This document shows positions 14,706 to 28,800 of a DNA stretch of 60,000 bases, piece after piece. The position numbers and the translations under genes are program-made. The notes under the pieces are model-generated. The model made no database searches. It saw only the letters and a list, made by a program, of their open reading frames with translations, and was not told the DNA's origin. Source of the DNA: Lama glama (taxonomy: Eukaryota); NCBI GenBank assembly GCA_028534125.1, contig CM052816.1:68264001-68324000 (forward strand), read 5' to 3'. Numbering within the stretch: position 1 is the stretch's first letter; every line of letters starts with the position of its first letter.

Positions 14706-16799
14706 GGCAAGACATCTCTCTGGGCTACAGTTTTCCTACCCTCTGGATAGAGTCTGGGAACATTTTGTTTCATGAGGTCCTTTCCACTTAAAATTCACAT
14801 GGCCTAGAAAAGTTAAAACAATTTGCTCAAAGTCTTACAACTAATTAGTGACATATTCAGAACTTGGACCCAGAATCCTAAATAGGAAGGTATCACCATG
14901 GCAGTGTATTTCTTTCTTTAAATTTCAAAGTCCAGTTAGTATGCTTACCAAATTATCTACAGTGTGATTTTCTTAGAAATTACATTGTCCTCCCCAAAAT
15001 AAAAAGATTTCCCTGCCTTATGGATTTTATTTTTGTGGACATTTTTAGCCCAATTTGAGATGTTGTTTTTAGAACTACTGAGGCTTCCAGACTATATTTG
15101 GGAGGGTTCACTTAAGTGGTTTAAGTTGTTAGTCTAGGCAGGTTGAAACTCAGCAGATTTCTGCACTGAGCTCCCAAACTTGATGTGAAAACCTAATGTG
15201 GTAAAGCAATTGAACGCTGTAAATCATACCACTGCACCCTGGCTTGAACCTGGATCATCCCTTTACTTTGGATTTTCTCTTTTCCTGTCCTGGGTTTAGT
15301 AGAAATAATATGGGCTAGAGGTGCTACCGTTTGAATTCCTGGCAGCCAATATCCTGTGCTTACATCAGCAACCCTGAACATTTAGCTGTAATGATTATTA
15401 CTTAACATTTATTGAGACCTGTCAGTGGGCTAGATGGAGAGAGATGGGGGACGAGGCACTTAACCTAATGAGGGAATTTGGAGTACATCAGCTTAATTCG
15501 TTGCGAGCAGCTCTCAGAGAAAATGGAACAGAAAGCTCTGCGGTGTTTGCTACCAGCCTGGTTATTTACACGCCATCATAAGGAACATAAGAGAGTGCTT
15601 GCTTCCTTTCTCCCTCAAGAGAAAACTTCCTTCTTGAGAATTTTCTAGACTGACCCAGCAACAGTGCGCTCTCTTCCTTATGTAGATCTGGTACTGTGAC
15701 CTCCTCTCCCCACTTCCCCCAAACCCCCCCTTCCCCGGTTAAACCCATCTGAGACTTTGCATCTTTCCAGGACAAAGGCCAGATTCTTTAGCTGGCAAAC
15801 AAAGTCCTCCCGCATGGCCTGGCCTCACTTCCCATTCTCAGCTTCTGCACCTCCAGTCTCAAATTCTTTCCCCTCACCCACTTGAACAGTTCCCTGAATC
15901 TCTCTCAGTTCCCTGACAACCCCTGACCTTTTCACTCTATGACTTCTTTGCCCACATCATTTTTACCTTCCATCTGCTGTGTGCTTCACAGATTCCTACA
16001 ATCTTTTAAGAACCAGCTCAAAACTCACCTGCTCTGTGGAAGTCACCTTGCCTGCTATAGGAGGTGTGGCCCATTTTTACTATTTATCATAAAATAGCTC
16101 CACCCTTTCTAGCCTCCTCTGGGGCAGACAGTGAACTACGTACGCACTAACCTTTCAAAAACACTGCAGGAGAGAAGTTTTTAATCCCCATTTTAGAAAT
16201 GAAGAAGTTAAGGAGTAGAGTGATTAGCCCACCTGCCTAAGGCCACAGAGCTACCTTGGAAGTGGCCCTGTAGACATTCAAACAAGGTCTGTGGGATTCA
16301 AGACACCATGACCTCTCTGGATCCTCCTTTCCTCTGCAGTACCCTCACAGCACTACTTGTGGGCTTCGACTTTACCTGCCTCCTCCAACACACATCCGTC
16401 ACTCATCCTGAGCATCTTGCCTTCTCTACCCTTTGTACTCTAGGCTCTAGAATACACCAAGTTTGCGATAGTTAAGTGCTAAATTTATTTATTCATTATG
16501 ATTATTGTTGGTCCTTCATCCTCTTCTGGTTCCTTCACTTAAATGTGAAAACCTTACCCATCTTTTCTGAAACAGCGGTCCTCATCCCTGTCCTCACAGG
16601 CTGGACATTCCCTAAAGATGCCTACAGCACAGATATGAGAATTCTGGGCTTTGCACCCTCCACCCTGCTCTTCAAAACTAAGCAAAATGCTAGTATGGGA
16701 TGAAGTTTAACTCTGTTCCCACGTCCTCCTAAATCACTGCTGAAGTCCCTCTCTGACACTTCTCCTATCCTTTTGATATTGCTTTGGCCCCTAAGGAAG

Positions 16800-17030
16800 A
16801 GGCACGATAGTGTGGATTTTAGGGCCAGGCAGACCTAGGTTGGAGCCCAGGCTTTGTCACCTCCCATCATGTGACCTTGAGCACATTTCAGAACTCCTCC
16901 CAGCCACACCTCCCTCATTTGTAAAATGAGGATGATAATAGTATCTATCTCATAAGGGAAGGTGATTGTAGGATTAAATGAGATTACCCCTACAGCATTT
17001 AGACCTGTCCCTGCCAATAGTAAGTTCAAT
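16800..17030 (+). mobile_element. MIR SINE
   Basis: tgtgaccttgagc...ctcatttgtaaaatgaggatgataatagtatctatctcataag...ggattaaatgag MIR core. Confidence 0.8.
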
Positions 17031-17809
17031 GTGGATTATCCATAATTGTCACTATCTCATTTTTCAGTTTTGCAAATTTCTGCTTAAGTGTTCATGAATA
17101 AATAAGATAGGAGCTGATATGGATTTTACTGTAATTCTACTCAGGAATATTTTCTTTTTAAATAATGGCTTGTGAACTTATTTGACCTTCAGAGTTCAAA
17201 GGAGTCAAAATATAATGGCAGAATATCTACCAAAGAGACTGGAAGTCTTGCTTAATCTTCATCAAATGACTGAGATGACTGCCCCTATAAATCTACCATT
17301 GGACTCACCTACACAGGTGGAAGGTGGATCTTCTTGGCTAATGCTTTCTCCCCCTATTCTAAGGACAGCTTTGCCCAAATGGAAGCCTTAAATCCTATGA
17401 GTATTTCTGTAGTGATTCTGGCTCCTACTAAACTACTAAGCAAAAGAGCAAATGAATACATGCCTCGCTGTGCAGGAGACCTTGTTAAACACTCCACAGA
17501 ATAAGAGTGTAATAACTGCCAGTGTTTACTGAGTGTTTACTCTGTAAGCTAAATGCTTTACATTTGTTCTCCTATTTAATTTGTATGACAACTGGAAAAG
17601 ACAGACAATTATTTTCACCATTTTTACCTACATATGAAGAAATAGAGGTTTAGAGGGAGAACATCATTTGCCCAAGGTGGAAATTAAGTCTAATCCTATC
17701 TGATCCCGGAGCCCAAACTCCCATTTGTTACACTATTCAATCAACTTGTTAAATGGATTTGAATACCTTTTGCGTATCCCTTGAATTTTCAGATATTTGG
17801 TCATGTGCT

Positions 17810-18240
17810 AATAAGTGTTTAACAGCTGACTCTTCAGGAGAAAAATTAGTGCTGGCTGATTTCCCTGATGGAAATACTTCTACCACTACCGATGTCACGC
17901 CACCAGTGTGATGTCAGCCAGCTCACAAAATCCTTGAAAATTTAACAATCGGCAATTTAACAATGGGAGCTGGTAGGCAAGGCTCTTTCACAGCACTGCT
18001 GGTCACGTAAGTTAGAACATCCAGATCTCCTAAGTGCTTTCACCCAGCTCCCAACATCCAGGTCAGGTTAGGGGTTCTCCATCCTGACTGCACCTGACAG
18101 TCACCTGGGTGCCGACAGAAATCTGGCACCCTGTCCCAGCCACAGAGGTTCTCATTCCATTGGTGTGGTATTTAGCCAGAGTAGCATTTTTTTTAACTCC
18201 TCAGATAATTTCTCTGTACAGCCAGGATTGAGGAACATTG
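17810..18240. mobile_element. hAT DNA transposon fossils: MER63-like (~17810-18000) and MER5-like (~18068-18240)
   Basis: agccagctcacaaaatccttgaaaatttaacaatcggc (MER63-like); ggttctccatcctgactgcac...cagccaggattgaggaacattg (MER5-like). Confidence 0.55.
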
Positions 18241-18592
18241 CTCCAAGAGGAATATATGCTGCTTAGAACCCACTTACTCAACACAGAGTTGACAAATATA
18301 TAATACATGAATTCCCTATTTTATTTTTTTCAAATATTTAAGTTTTAAAGAATGGTTGGCCAACTGTGCTTGTTTATAAAATTTTATTTAAATCAGTTCA
18401 TTCAAGAAATGATTTCTGATACCTTTTCCTTTCATTTAAATAGTGACTGGCATGTAATCGAAACTCAAAGTATAATGTAACTATTATTGTTTTTGTTGTT
18501 GTTAGCATCTTAAATTTTATGATCTCTACCAACTTTTGTGATTCTCTTCTATGTTGGATTTTATCATTTGCACGTGATTGAATCTCAGATGA

Positions 18593-18778
<186 letters not shown>

Positions 18779-20589
18779 TAAATGTTATTTCAGTTTACTT
18801 TCATTTTTCAAGGGAACATCAGGTGCCAAAACTTGTAAATTACAGGAAAATAGAATAGAGACAGTCTTTAAAGCTTCATCCAACTTGGTAAAGCTTGTTT
18901 AAAAAAAAATACTTCCACTCTTGAGGAATTTTTGTGTTTGGACTATAAAAACAATAATGGAAGTTTATTTTGCTATGTATTATTTAACGTCTTTAAGAAG
19001 GTGCTTTAAAAATTCTTCTCTTGGGTCTGGCTTCCTGACATTGGTTCCCTTACTCTATTGGACAGATAAAAATGTGTGTTACTTCTGTACCCCCAGGTTA
19101 TGCATTCCTAAGCAGAAAGTAATAATCAAGTGGATGCTATTCATCAGTTTTACTTTAGGCATTATTTTGTAGTATTTTATACAAAACTTCTCATACTATA
19201 AACTGTTAATATATTCTGTTCACCCTGTGATAAAGTTTATGTGTGATTAAGTATTATCTGGAGTGCTTGTTATGAAGTAGATTCCTGGGCTCCACACTCA
19301 GAAATTCTGAGTTTGTATAGCCTTATATCTGTACTCTGAGGCAGTGTAGGTGAGAAAACTGAGTTCAGAGAGGTTACCTGACTTGCCCATTGTTACTTAG
19401 GTAGTAAATAGCAAAGCCAGGAGAAAAACTACAGGATACTGAGTCGGCTGACTCATGAAATAAGTGATGCTCACTGGATTCTAATTTCTTTCCTTTTCTT
19501 CCTAGCCCAACCCACTTGTTTATAACATATGTGTGAGCACACGCCCTCGACATCCTCTAAACTGCAGAGGTTAGATGACTTAGAAGCTGCCTGAACTATT
19601 CAACACAAGTTCCTTAACCTTTCTGTGCTTCAGTTTCTTCACTTATCTTATAAGAGTAGTGCAACCTGATAAGACTGTTGGGAGGATTAGATGAGACAAT
19701 ATGTGTAAAACACTTGGCAACTGTTTGTGCAGAGTAAATATCCAACATGGCTTTTCTTCCCTAGGCTATATAGTTTGGATGGGATCAATCAAGAGTTCTA
19801 GAACTCTTTAGGTAAAAACAATGAACCTTGGGGGCTTAGTGTAACCCTGTCTTTCTTCAGATAAAGGGAGAGGTGGAGAGATAGGTCCAGAGTTAGTAGC
19901 AGAAACCAAGATCTCTTCCTTGACAGATCATTTCCTTTGTGCAAAGTGAGAGTTTTGAATGGTGTGAATTTAATCATTAAATGAAATTCAAGTCTGACTT
20001 TGTCTTTAGGCAGAAAAGTGGTCACAAAGACATCTAATTAAGGAAAGAATCACTCAGCCTTGAATCCTGACATGGCTTGGAGAAGCCAAAGAGGGGATTT
20101 TCTTTGGCAGAGCCCAGAGGCTTTGCTTTTCACAATTAAATTTAAGGAGACAAGGGAAGATAAACTGTAGCTCTATGAAAAAGAAATGGAAAGGTACAGT
20201 GCTTTTCCTAAAAGAACTGAGAACCTTTTGAGGTTTGCATAAAAGCAGTGTACAAACATCTTGGGACTTATTTAGAGCCTTGTGCTGACTTGGCATCAAC
20301 AGCTACTCCACCCAGGGAAGAGAGAGCTCTGCCAGGCACACACAGCCCAAACATGTTTTGATCAAACCTAGCCCCACCTTGTATTTGTGCATATTTGACA
20401 TCCCTGATTAACATGTAATAACCCTAGATACACAGAGAGATAGAGAGTTAGAGAGATAGATAAATACAGCTTTCTCCTGCAGTCTAGCTTTCCCCAAGAC
20501 AAGCTTCTTAGAAGGGCCTCCAACTCCATAAGAAATAACACAGTTCTATGATCATTCCTTGTGAGACTCTGAGAGAAGCATACCTTTAA

Positions 20590-20739
<150 letters not shown>

Positions 20740-21100
20740 CTGTGGGTCACTGACTATAAAGATATAGATTATATGTATTTTCAGCTGTCAAAGGATGAGA
20801 TTACTCTAGTTTGTAAGAACAAAGACTAATTTAGTAAATTGCATTCTATAAGCCATTCATGGTTTTATAACTCCCAGTTCTTTATTCCAAATAAGCGCTT
20901 AGAATCTTTGTGCGTACAAGTATGTGAGTCTCCATGGCCCCTACATGGCAAAATAAAAAGCCCCAACACGTTACCAGCAGGGAGCCCTAGCTCTGTCTGC
21001 TTTGCTTTGTGGAATGTCTTGTTGACTTCTGTTTAATGATTTTATGTTTTTAAAAAATGTATGCTTTGCTGAATAAAAAACAAAGGGCATTCCATATGTG
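20740..21100 (+). terminator. ANKRD55: ANKRD55 3' UTR with candidate polyadenylation signals AATAAA at 20952-20957 and 21072-21077
   Basis: Two AATAAA hexamers after the stop; the distal one is followed by a GU/U-rich tract (tgtgttcttt). The cleavage site is inferred. Confidence 0.65.
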
Positions 21101-22189
21101 TTCTTTACATTTATTACAATTCTACCTTGGAATAACAAAACTTAATGAAAATTAAAGTCAGTGTTTATGGCTTTTATATGTACAATCTTCTGCAAAATAT
21201 TTTCTAGCAATGTCAGCTCCTGGCTAGAGCCCAAATCACTTAACAGTGTTTATGTATCTTCTTTGTTATTTGATTATTTCCACCTATTGTTATTTTCAGA
21301 TATGATTGATTGTTCCAATACTGAGAAGATCATGTGAGTTGGAAAGGTCTACATCCTGGCCTAACAGAATGAAATAGACATTTCTCATATGTTCCTCACA
21401 TACTCTACATATTTAATCATTCTTTTTTTTTTCTGTTTCAAAATAACGGTCTCTGCCTACTCAAGACATTCTCATACTTATGACTTAGCAAAGTTTTAAA
21501 GACTACTCCTAACTGCAGATTTCCTTACTAAGAAGTTTATGTATTGTTTGGATTGATTTAAAGTTCAGGGTTTAGCCAAATAAGACCATAATCACTCGAT
21601 GTTATTTCCAAGCCTGCATGTTATTCTGGAAATATCTCAAGTACAACATTTACCATTTTATGATAGCATTATTTATTTAGCAGGGTCAGACTGTGCCATT
21701 AACTAAATAGAAGCTCCTCTGAGAACAAATCAGTTACTTGGCTTTGCACATCTAGAAATATGTGCAGTACCTGGAACATGCCTAGGCATTCAATCATTTA
21801 GTTTTTCTAGGAAAGAAGGAAGGGAAGTCGGGAGATAGAGAAGGAGTTGGCAAGGTAGAAGCAATGTAAGAATTGATAATGAAAGAAGTTATTGGTCTTC
21901 GGTCTCATTTTGATAATGATAGTTGTCTGAACCAGGAATTATAAAAGAGAAAGCTTATGGATCAACCTCTGAAGCTAGACAGTAGCCAGAGGAAGGGCAA
22001 ACCCTGGTACAAATGGAAGAGCGCTCAGGACATAGGTTCAGAAGGGTTTTCTTTTTTGTTTTTCGGTGGGCTGTTTTTGACTTTGCAGAATCATTCTTTG
22101 TAAGTATCAGTTAGGTTGTTCAGTTGTGTCACCTAGCTACTTTGGAATCCATGTCCTTCCTCAGGTAGATACCTGGCCCTTACTGCCTA

Positions 22190-22515
22190 GATTAGCTAGG
22201 ATAGGTTAGCCTCTGCTTTAGTAATAAACAACTCACACTGGCTCTCATTGGCTAATACAATCTTTTTCTCACTCATAATACATGGCCCATTTCCAGCTGG
22301 CAGAGTTGTCTGGAATAGATTCCATTTCAACCTGTTCTTCCTTGGTGACCAAAAGAGAGAAGATCAGAGGTGAGTCTCATCACTTCCTCTCACATTTTAT
22401 TTGCCAAATTAAGTCATATGGATGTGTCTAACTTTACAGAGGGTAGAGAAATTCAGTCCTTCCATTTGTGTCAAGAAGGAGGAGAACCAGAATAAATCAT
22501 CCAGAAGATTACCAC
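22190..22515 (-). mobile_element. Old MaLR LTR (MLT1K/L-like)
   Basis: ctaggataggttag...aataaacaactc...cacttcctctcacattttatttgccaaattaagtcatatgg, typical antisense MLT1 text. Confidence 0.6.
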
Positions 22516-23083
22516 ACTAACTAAAGCTTGGGCCCTAAGAGATCACCTAGTGGATAGCTAAGAGGTCAAAGCAATAAAACAAAACAAAATACCTCTCTTT
22601 ACAGCTATGGAAAACTCACCATCCCTCAACACTTGAACTTACATATTCAGACAGAGGATCTTCTAATGTTGGCCCTTTCCATCCAAGTTGATTTAAGAAT
22701 CTTGTTAACTATGAAGTAATGTGCTGCCCACTACCACCTCTTTAAATAGAGCAGCTATCATTTTGCCTCTAGGTAAAATTGCCTGTTTAGGGTAGATTCA
22801 TTCTTAGCCAATATTTTACTGACCAAGTCAGATAGAGGTATTCACCAATTTGTGCTCAACTTTAAAAAATTTTCAAGCAACTTTTTCTTCTAAAATGATT
22901 TTGTATTGTTCTTTCACCACTTATAGTTTCCTTCATTACTAAGGACATATTTATTTACACACTTAAAAATTATAATTTTGCATATATTATTTCATTTGGA
23001 TCTTTACATCAACCTACATCCCCCAAGTACAAACAAGGAATCCAACACAGAGAAGTAATTTGCCCAAAGTCACACAGCTAACA

Positions 23084-23145
23084 TAGGTATACCTTGGTGA
23101 TACTGCAGATTCAGTTCCAGGCCACCTCAATAAAATGAATATTGC
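23084..23145 (+). mobile_element. Tigger2-like DNA transposon terminal fragment
   Basis: aggtataccttggtgatactgcagattcagttccaggccacctcaataaa resembles the Tigger2 5' end. Confidence 0.6.
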
Positions 23146-24774
23146 TCTTATTTTTCCTAGTCTGAGGACCACAAGCAATTGGAAGGTGATTTACCATTCA
23201 CCGTTAATAAAATTTTTACTGAGAATTTAATAATTAGCAAGTTATTTAACTATTTTTCACATGTTAATGTGATAGCTATCTTTGTCCTTCTGGTGACAGC
23301 TGTGCTAGTATAACATGCTGACTGGAAACTTCAGCTTTTAATATAATTTATTCATTGACTTTTCAGGTTTGGCCCCTGAAGATGTCCTGGAATTGTTCAG
23401 CTGCCCAAAAGACCAAGATTGGACTAAAACAGAGATCAGAATGGGGAAGTATTTGCTTTGAAGAGCAATCATTTTGATAGAAACCTACAGTTTGTTGATA
23501 GTCTTCACGTCCATGACATATTAATATTTCTATGTCAATGTTTAGGAAATATGTGGTTCTGATAGAGTTCCTTGGTTTTAAAATTTTTCCCTTAAAGGCA
23601 ACAAGAGAGTTTGGCTACTGCATGTGAGAGCTGCTATCATGTTCAAAAGACCACCTTTAAAATACCAGGATGCACTTACTTAGAGACATGTATCAGTACA
23701 CGTCAAAGAGTGGAGGCAAAAACAAAATCAATGGTTGTTTGTCTTACTGGGAAGCATTGTATTTCTAATCAGTCACTTGGTGAGGTATTCTAAAATCATA
23801 TTGTATGTCAAGATGTGACCTAATATAGTTGGAATGGATGATAAGCTGGAGTCACAGAGATCTATTTTTATTGGCTTAATTCTAGGAAGATGAGAGCGTT
23901 GGCGTTAAGTGTTTACTGGAAGAAATTAAAGTTGTGTTAAACAAGGTGCTTACTGAAGGGAACTAAGAAAAATGAGGGGGAAAAAATCTAACTTCCAAGA
24001 ACTCTAATTGGTTTAGCACAAATTACTGGGCTAGTGGGCTCTTTCGACAAATATTAACAGTAGCTCCACTTTACCTGTATCACGTACAGGCTGAATAAAT
24101 AAATTTCAGAAAGGAGGCTCCGCCAAAGGTCTACCTATGACCTTTCTGGAATGGGAATGCAATTGTTGGGGAATTACGCATGTGGACTAGGGACTAGAGA
24201 GACTTCATTGCTGAGCCCTGATCTGCCATTTGTATTGTATTGAGCCAAACACTAACCGTATTTGAAAGTATAACTTACTCAATCTGCTGAGCTGGATGAC
24301 AAGAGCAGAGTTTCTGAAAGTATGTGAGAGCAGCAATAAACAGAAGGTGAAGCCAATCAGCATTATAGTTTACAGTAGGAGGGTACTGGAGTTTTCTCAG
24401 ATCGATATGACCAAGCCAAGCAAGACTATGATTTCAAGAAAAGCTAAAAACTAAGGCAGTGTTCTCATGTGTCTAAGTAGTTTATGCTAAGATATCTATC
24501 CCAGTGTTCTCTGAACAAGTGACTAGGTGGGCAGGGAAAGCAAGGGGGTGGGTGCGTGGGATATAATACAAAGGAAAAATGATTTGAAAAGATTTAAGGG
24601 ATCTCCCCTGCCTTGAATTTCTAGTCCCTGATATCTCCATAGTAGGGAGTTTAGTGAGAACCACTTTCCCTTTGCCACATCCTATCTTAATCAGTGGATG
24701 AAGATACAAACTTCCATAAAGCCCCTTGTGTTATTCTAATAAAGACTTATAAAGTAAATAAGATTTTGCTTCCA

Positions 24775-24968
24775 TGGATGTGCTGGAACCAGCTCTTATC
24801 AGCTTGCAAGGGGTGATTGTTAAATCTAGTATTCAGGAATTTTGTGAACTGGTTTTTCAGCCATTGGTGGCTTGAAATTGGCCATAGAGGGAACAGTTAT
24901 ACCAGGGAAACTGGCAAACACTACAAGTCAGGACTTCTATTTGAGTTCTAGTGACCAGCACACCACTG
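24775..24968 (+). mobile_element. MER63-like hAT MITE immediately flanking the FTL retrocopy
   Basis: tgtgctggaaccagctc...gattgttaaat...ccagcacaccactg with inverted termini. Confidence 0.6.
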
Positions 24969-25016
24969 GGTATAACACTTGGGGGGAAATCTTTCAGAAT
25001 TAAGAGCACTTAAAAC

Positions 25017-25877
25017 TTTTTTTTCTGCAAATTACTTTATTGTTTCCATTTGGTCCACAGCTTTGGAGAGAGCTCCAGGGTGATTTAAAAGCTGCCTACT
25101 GGCTGCAGGAGCCCTTACACCAGAGGGATGACGGAGGGAACCCTCAGGAGGAAGGGGCTCTGGAGGCTCCTAGTTGTGTTTAAAGGTGAGCCTTTCAAAG
25201 AGACACTCCCTCAGCCCAACTTGGGAGCCGGCCTGCTTGTAAGGTGAGTCAGGTGGTCACCCATCTTCTTGATGAGTTTCCCCTCCTCATCTAGAAAATG
25301 ACTCTCCAGGAAGTCAGAGAGCTGGGGGCAGACGCCGGGCATGCAGATCCAAAAGGACCTGGTTCAGTTTCCTCTCCAGGACCATGGCGGCTTCCAAGGC
25401 ATCCACGATTTTAGCCCACTCATCTTAGGACGGCTTCATCCTGGAAGAGGGCACAGCTGCAGGGTTTCACATCTTCAAGAGACATTCAGGGCTCTCAGGC
25501 TTCTCCTTAGCCAACTCACTGAAGAAGTGCTGTGCCCTCCAGAGCCACATTGCCACAGTTGAAATAGAAGTCCAAAGAGAGAGAGAGGTACGTGCTGGAG
25601 GCCCACAGATGCAGGTTGAATAGATGGTGGACGGCAGCCTCCACCTCGGAGGAATAACTCTAACAAATCTGGGAGCTCATGGTTGATGAGCAATAAGGAG
25701 CTAAGTTCAAAAAACAGTGTTGGTTGACCTCAGAGGGCTGAGAAGATGGTTCTGAAATTTGCCCCTGGAAAAAAGGTTGGAGGGTGGTCGGAGTCTGGAA
25801 GAAGGGGTGCCCCGACCCTGTTCCACTCGAACACTGTTGAAGTAGGAGACAGATTGCAGGAACTCGGGGCACACTGC
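25017..25877 (-). pseudogene. FTL: Processed pseudogene of ferritin light chain (FTL): 5' UTR, disabled CDS 25680-25170, 3' UTR and poly(A) remnant
   Basis: Minus strand reads ATG AGC TCC CAG ATT (MSSQI) at 25680 and ends ...LFERLTFKHN-TAG at 25170-25172. Internal segments [23 protein letters not shown] and ALEG are recognisable. No introns. AATAAA at 25041-25036 is followed by an A8 tail (25024-25017). Premature TAG at codon 7 (25660-25662) plus several frameshifts. Confidence 0.96.
25818..25852 (-). promoter_or_regulatory. Iron-responsive element (IRE) remnant in the 5' UTR of the FTL retrocopy
   Basis: Minus strand CTGTCTCCTA-C-TTCAA-CAGTGT-TCGAG-TGGAACAG: CAGUGN loop, bulged C five nt upstream and a flanking stem. 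The upper stem has one A.C mismatch. Confidence 0.88.
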
Positions 25878-28800
25878 AATAATGTTTTATAAAAGACATC
25901 TCTTTGCTAACACTGTTGCTGGGGAGCAGGATTCATGCCTGCCTCGAGAGCAGTCATGACATGTCTAGATTTTATGGTATTAAACTCTCACATTTCATGG
26001 GATGTAATTAAATCCATGAGTTAATGAAGCCCATGTCATCTAGGCATGTGTGACTCAACACTGCATTCAGAATGGGATTCCCTTCAGAGCTCATCTTGAG
26101 CCAAATCACACCTGAATGAATATTCTCAGATGAACAGTTTGTCCCTGTTACCTTGTGAGCCTATTAACAGCTCACAGCTCAATTTAGTCAGTTTTTCTGA
26201 CCAGGAAGCCTGATCTTAATGTAGGTAGCACTCTCTGTGACTTCATGTCTGATCTCGTTACCGGCCCCACACCCAGTAATACTCAGGAAATGCATGTGTT
26301 CCCCCTTAACTGCCCTCCTGGCTGAGAAATAAGCACCAACCTAGGGTAAAGGATGAAAGTCAAGCAGGAAATGGAAGTGACAGAGCCTTTCCTGAGGCTA
26401 GCTTTCTCAGAATCAAGGGGATAAACAAGGTTGTATTTATATTTGTGAGCCACGCAAAATATAGATCTTTTCTGCAAGAATGGATGGGTTTGAATTACTT
26501 GGCTAGTTGCATAACCAGTTACTATTGGTTGGTAAGGAGAAAGGTTGATTTAAAGCATGTGGCCCAAGAACTCAAGACATTCAGAGAGGCAGGAAGGCCT
26601 CTTAGGTATTCAGTTCTAATGTCAAGATCTGGACATTATCTCCTTTTCTGGCACCGATTCCCTGTCCTGTCCTTAGCTTGCTCTGGGTCAGCAGCAAGTG
26701 ATTGAAATGCATTTATGCAGTCATTCTTTCAGCATTCATTGACTGTTTCCCCTGGGCTAGATGCTTGCTGCAGGAAAAAGAAGATACATAGTATAAAGGA
26801 TACAGCAAGTGTATATGAGGTTAAGTGATGATAAGGATTTTCCTATATTTATTAGAGAAAAAAATCATTATTTAAGCTACATACTCTCTGTTTTGATTCT
26901 TTATAATTTTTTTGTGATTTGAAGCCAATAAATTATCTTTTAATAAAACCAAATTTCAAGTATCAAAACTATTTCTCTTTTGTTCCTCCAAATTTACAGT
27001 CCCAGAGTTAGAGTCTCAGAGCATAAAAACAAGACTCTAGACATGAACAAATTTGAATGAAAATTGAAATGATAATCTAGAATGTCAACACTGTACCTCT
27101 TTAAGATCCTGACAAGTCAAAACCAGAGTCTTTGTTGTAGCCAGTACAGGTCAGAGTATCAGGAACTCTGGACTGGTTCTTATAAAAGTGATAACCTTAC
27201 TGGTTAGGCAAAAAAGAAGGTGCCAGTGTGCCAGTATCAAAAGTGTTGGCATTGCTGACTTTTTCTTTCCCACAATGATACTTCATGCTAATCTGGCCTC
27301 ATTTCTTCATCAGTAGACCTATTCAGGAAAGTAGAGCCAACTTCTGAGGCTCTGGAGGACGTGGAGAAGAGGGTGGGGGGAGAGGGAGCCGGTGGTGAGG
27401 CTGACCCTTTCACCAGCCAGCCCCAACCCAGTCAGGGCCATTCTCAGCCCAGCCCAGGAGTGAAGACTAGAGTTTCTCAGGGTGGAGGGGCAGGAGGAAC
27501 ATGACCCAGCAATTTTCCTTTATGGGAAGTACACTCACAGAAAGTAGAGAGGCGTGGATGGTACTCCTGAGGCACGACATTTTAATGGATTATCCATTAC
27601 TTTCTCTCTTCACTCACACCTTTTAACACAGCTGCTCACAAGAAGCAAAACAAACCGATCGCCATGTTCCCATTTCTCTTAACCATTTACCCATCCTGTG
27701 GGTGTGCTCTTGAACTCTGGAAGGGGGAGAAGGAAGGAAAGAGGCCTGGACCTGTCAACTTTCAGAGCAGTTCCCCAATGATAGAAAATTGACTGCATGT
27801 AGCACAGACCCAAATATACACACACATGGACATTGAGCATAAGGTAAAAGTAATTCATCTCTTGCTGTGTTTTCAGAGAAATGCTGGTTCATATGAGAAA
27901 AGGGGCTTAGAACAAAGTGTAAAGAAGCTTCTCAAGTATATTTTATCTTCAACATTTGGAAGTTAACTTTATAATAATTTAATAGAATATAATGCTTTGC
28001 CCTGATTTTTTTCAGTTACTTTAAGATTTTACCAACGTGAATGTGTAATTGTCTGTTTTCAGTTAAACTGAATCTGGAGAATGTGTTTTCCTGACAATTT
28101 TTAAAAGAAAATGAATAATATGATGAAGAAGAATGGCCATTTAGATCCTAAGACATGTGCTTTTATAAAATATGCTAATCCTTTTAACATGGCTAGTGTC
28201 CTTTTGGATACAAAGAAAATACTTGTTAATAATGACTTTAACCTTTTAATTAAAAATTTCATTAAAAGTAGTGGTAGAGAACAGTCTTTAATAAAAATTC
28301 CCTTGTTGTCATTTACCAGTTCCCTTCTGCGGCTAACTCCTGGTTAAGCAAAGAAGTTGTGTGCACCCATTATGTGTGTGCGCTGCTCCAGGTGAGGGAG
28401 CTACAGCTATGAGTAAAACAAAATGCCTGCTCTCACAGAGCTCCTTGTCTGTGAGGATGCCAACCAAAACTCTCCAGACTGCATTCATACAGGTAGAGCA
28501 ATTACAAAAACTGTTCATTATCTCAGGTTCTATTTTCTGACTTTGTTCCATCAGTATCCCAGAAACTCCATAAAATCTGATTCCCAATTACTGGCATTGC
28601 TGCTGCTAATAGTCCTGATTCTCCTGGGTTTTATTTCCTATGAGAATTGGTACAATAAATGGAGGGGGAAATAGAAAACCAGAGGGGACCACTCCACTTA
28701 ATTTAGAGTGATTCTTATAATGGGCAATAAAGACAAGGTTTCATTAGGAGGAAGTTTTCAGAAGGTTATTTGATGGGAAGGAGGGAACTGGAGGCCAGAG

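Noticed and set aside
25885..25894. TATAAAA just upstream of the FTL retrocopy as a promoter
   Set aside because: Only ~14 nt from the 5' end, too close for a canonical TATA box. It fits an AT-rich L1 endonuclease target better, though no clear TSD was found.
25660..25899. 79-aa minus-strand ORF ending in MSSQIC
   Set aside because: It is flanking DNA plus the FTL 5' UTR read in frame up to the pseudogene's premature stop, not a plausible protein.
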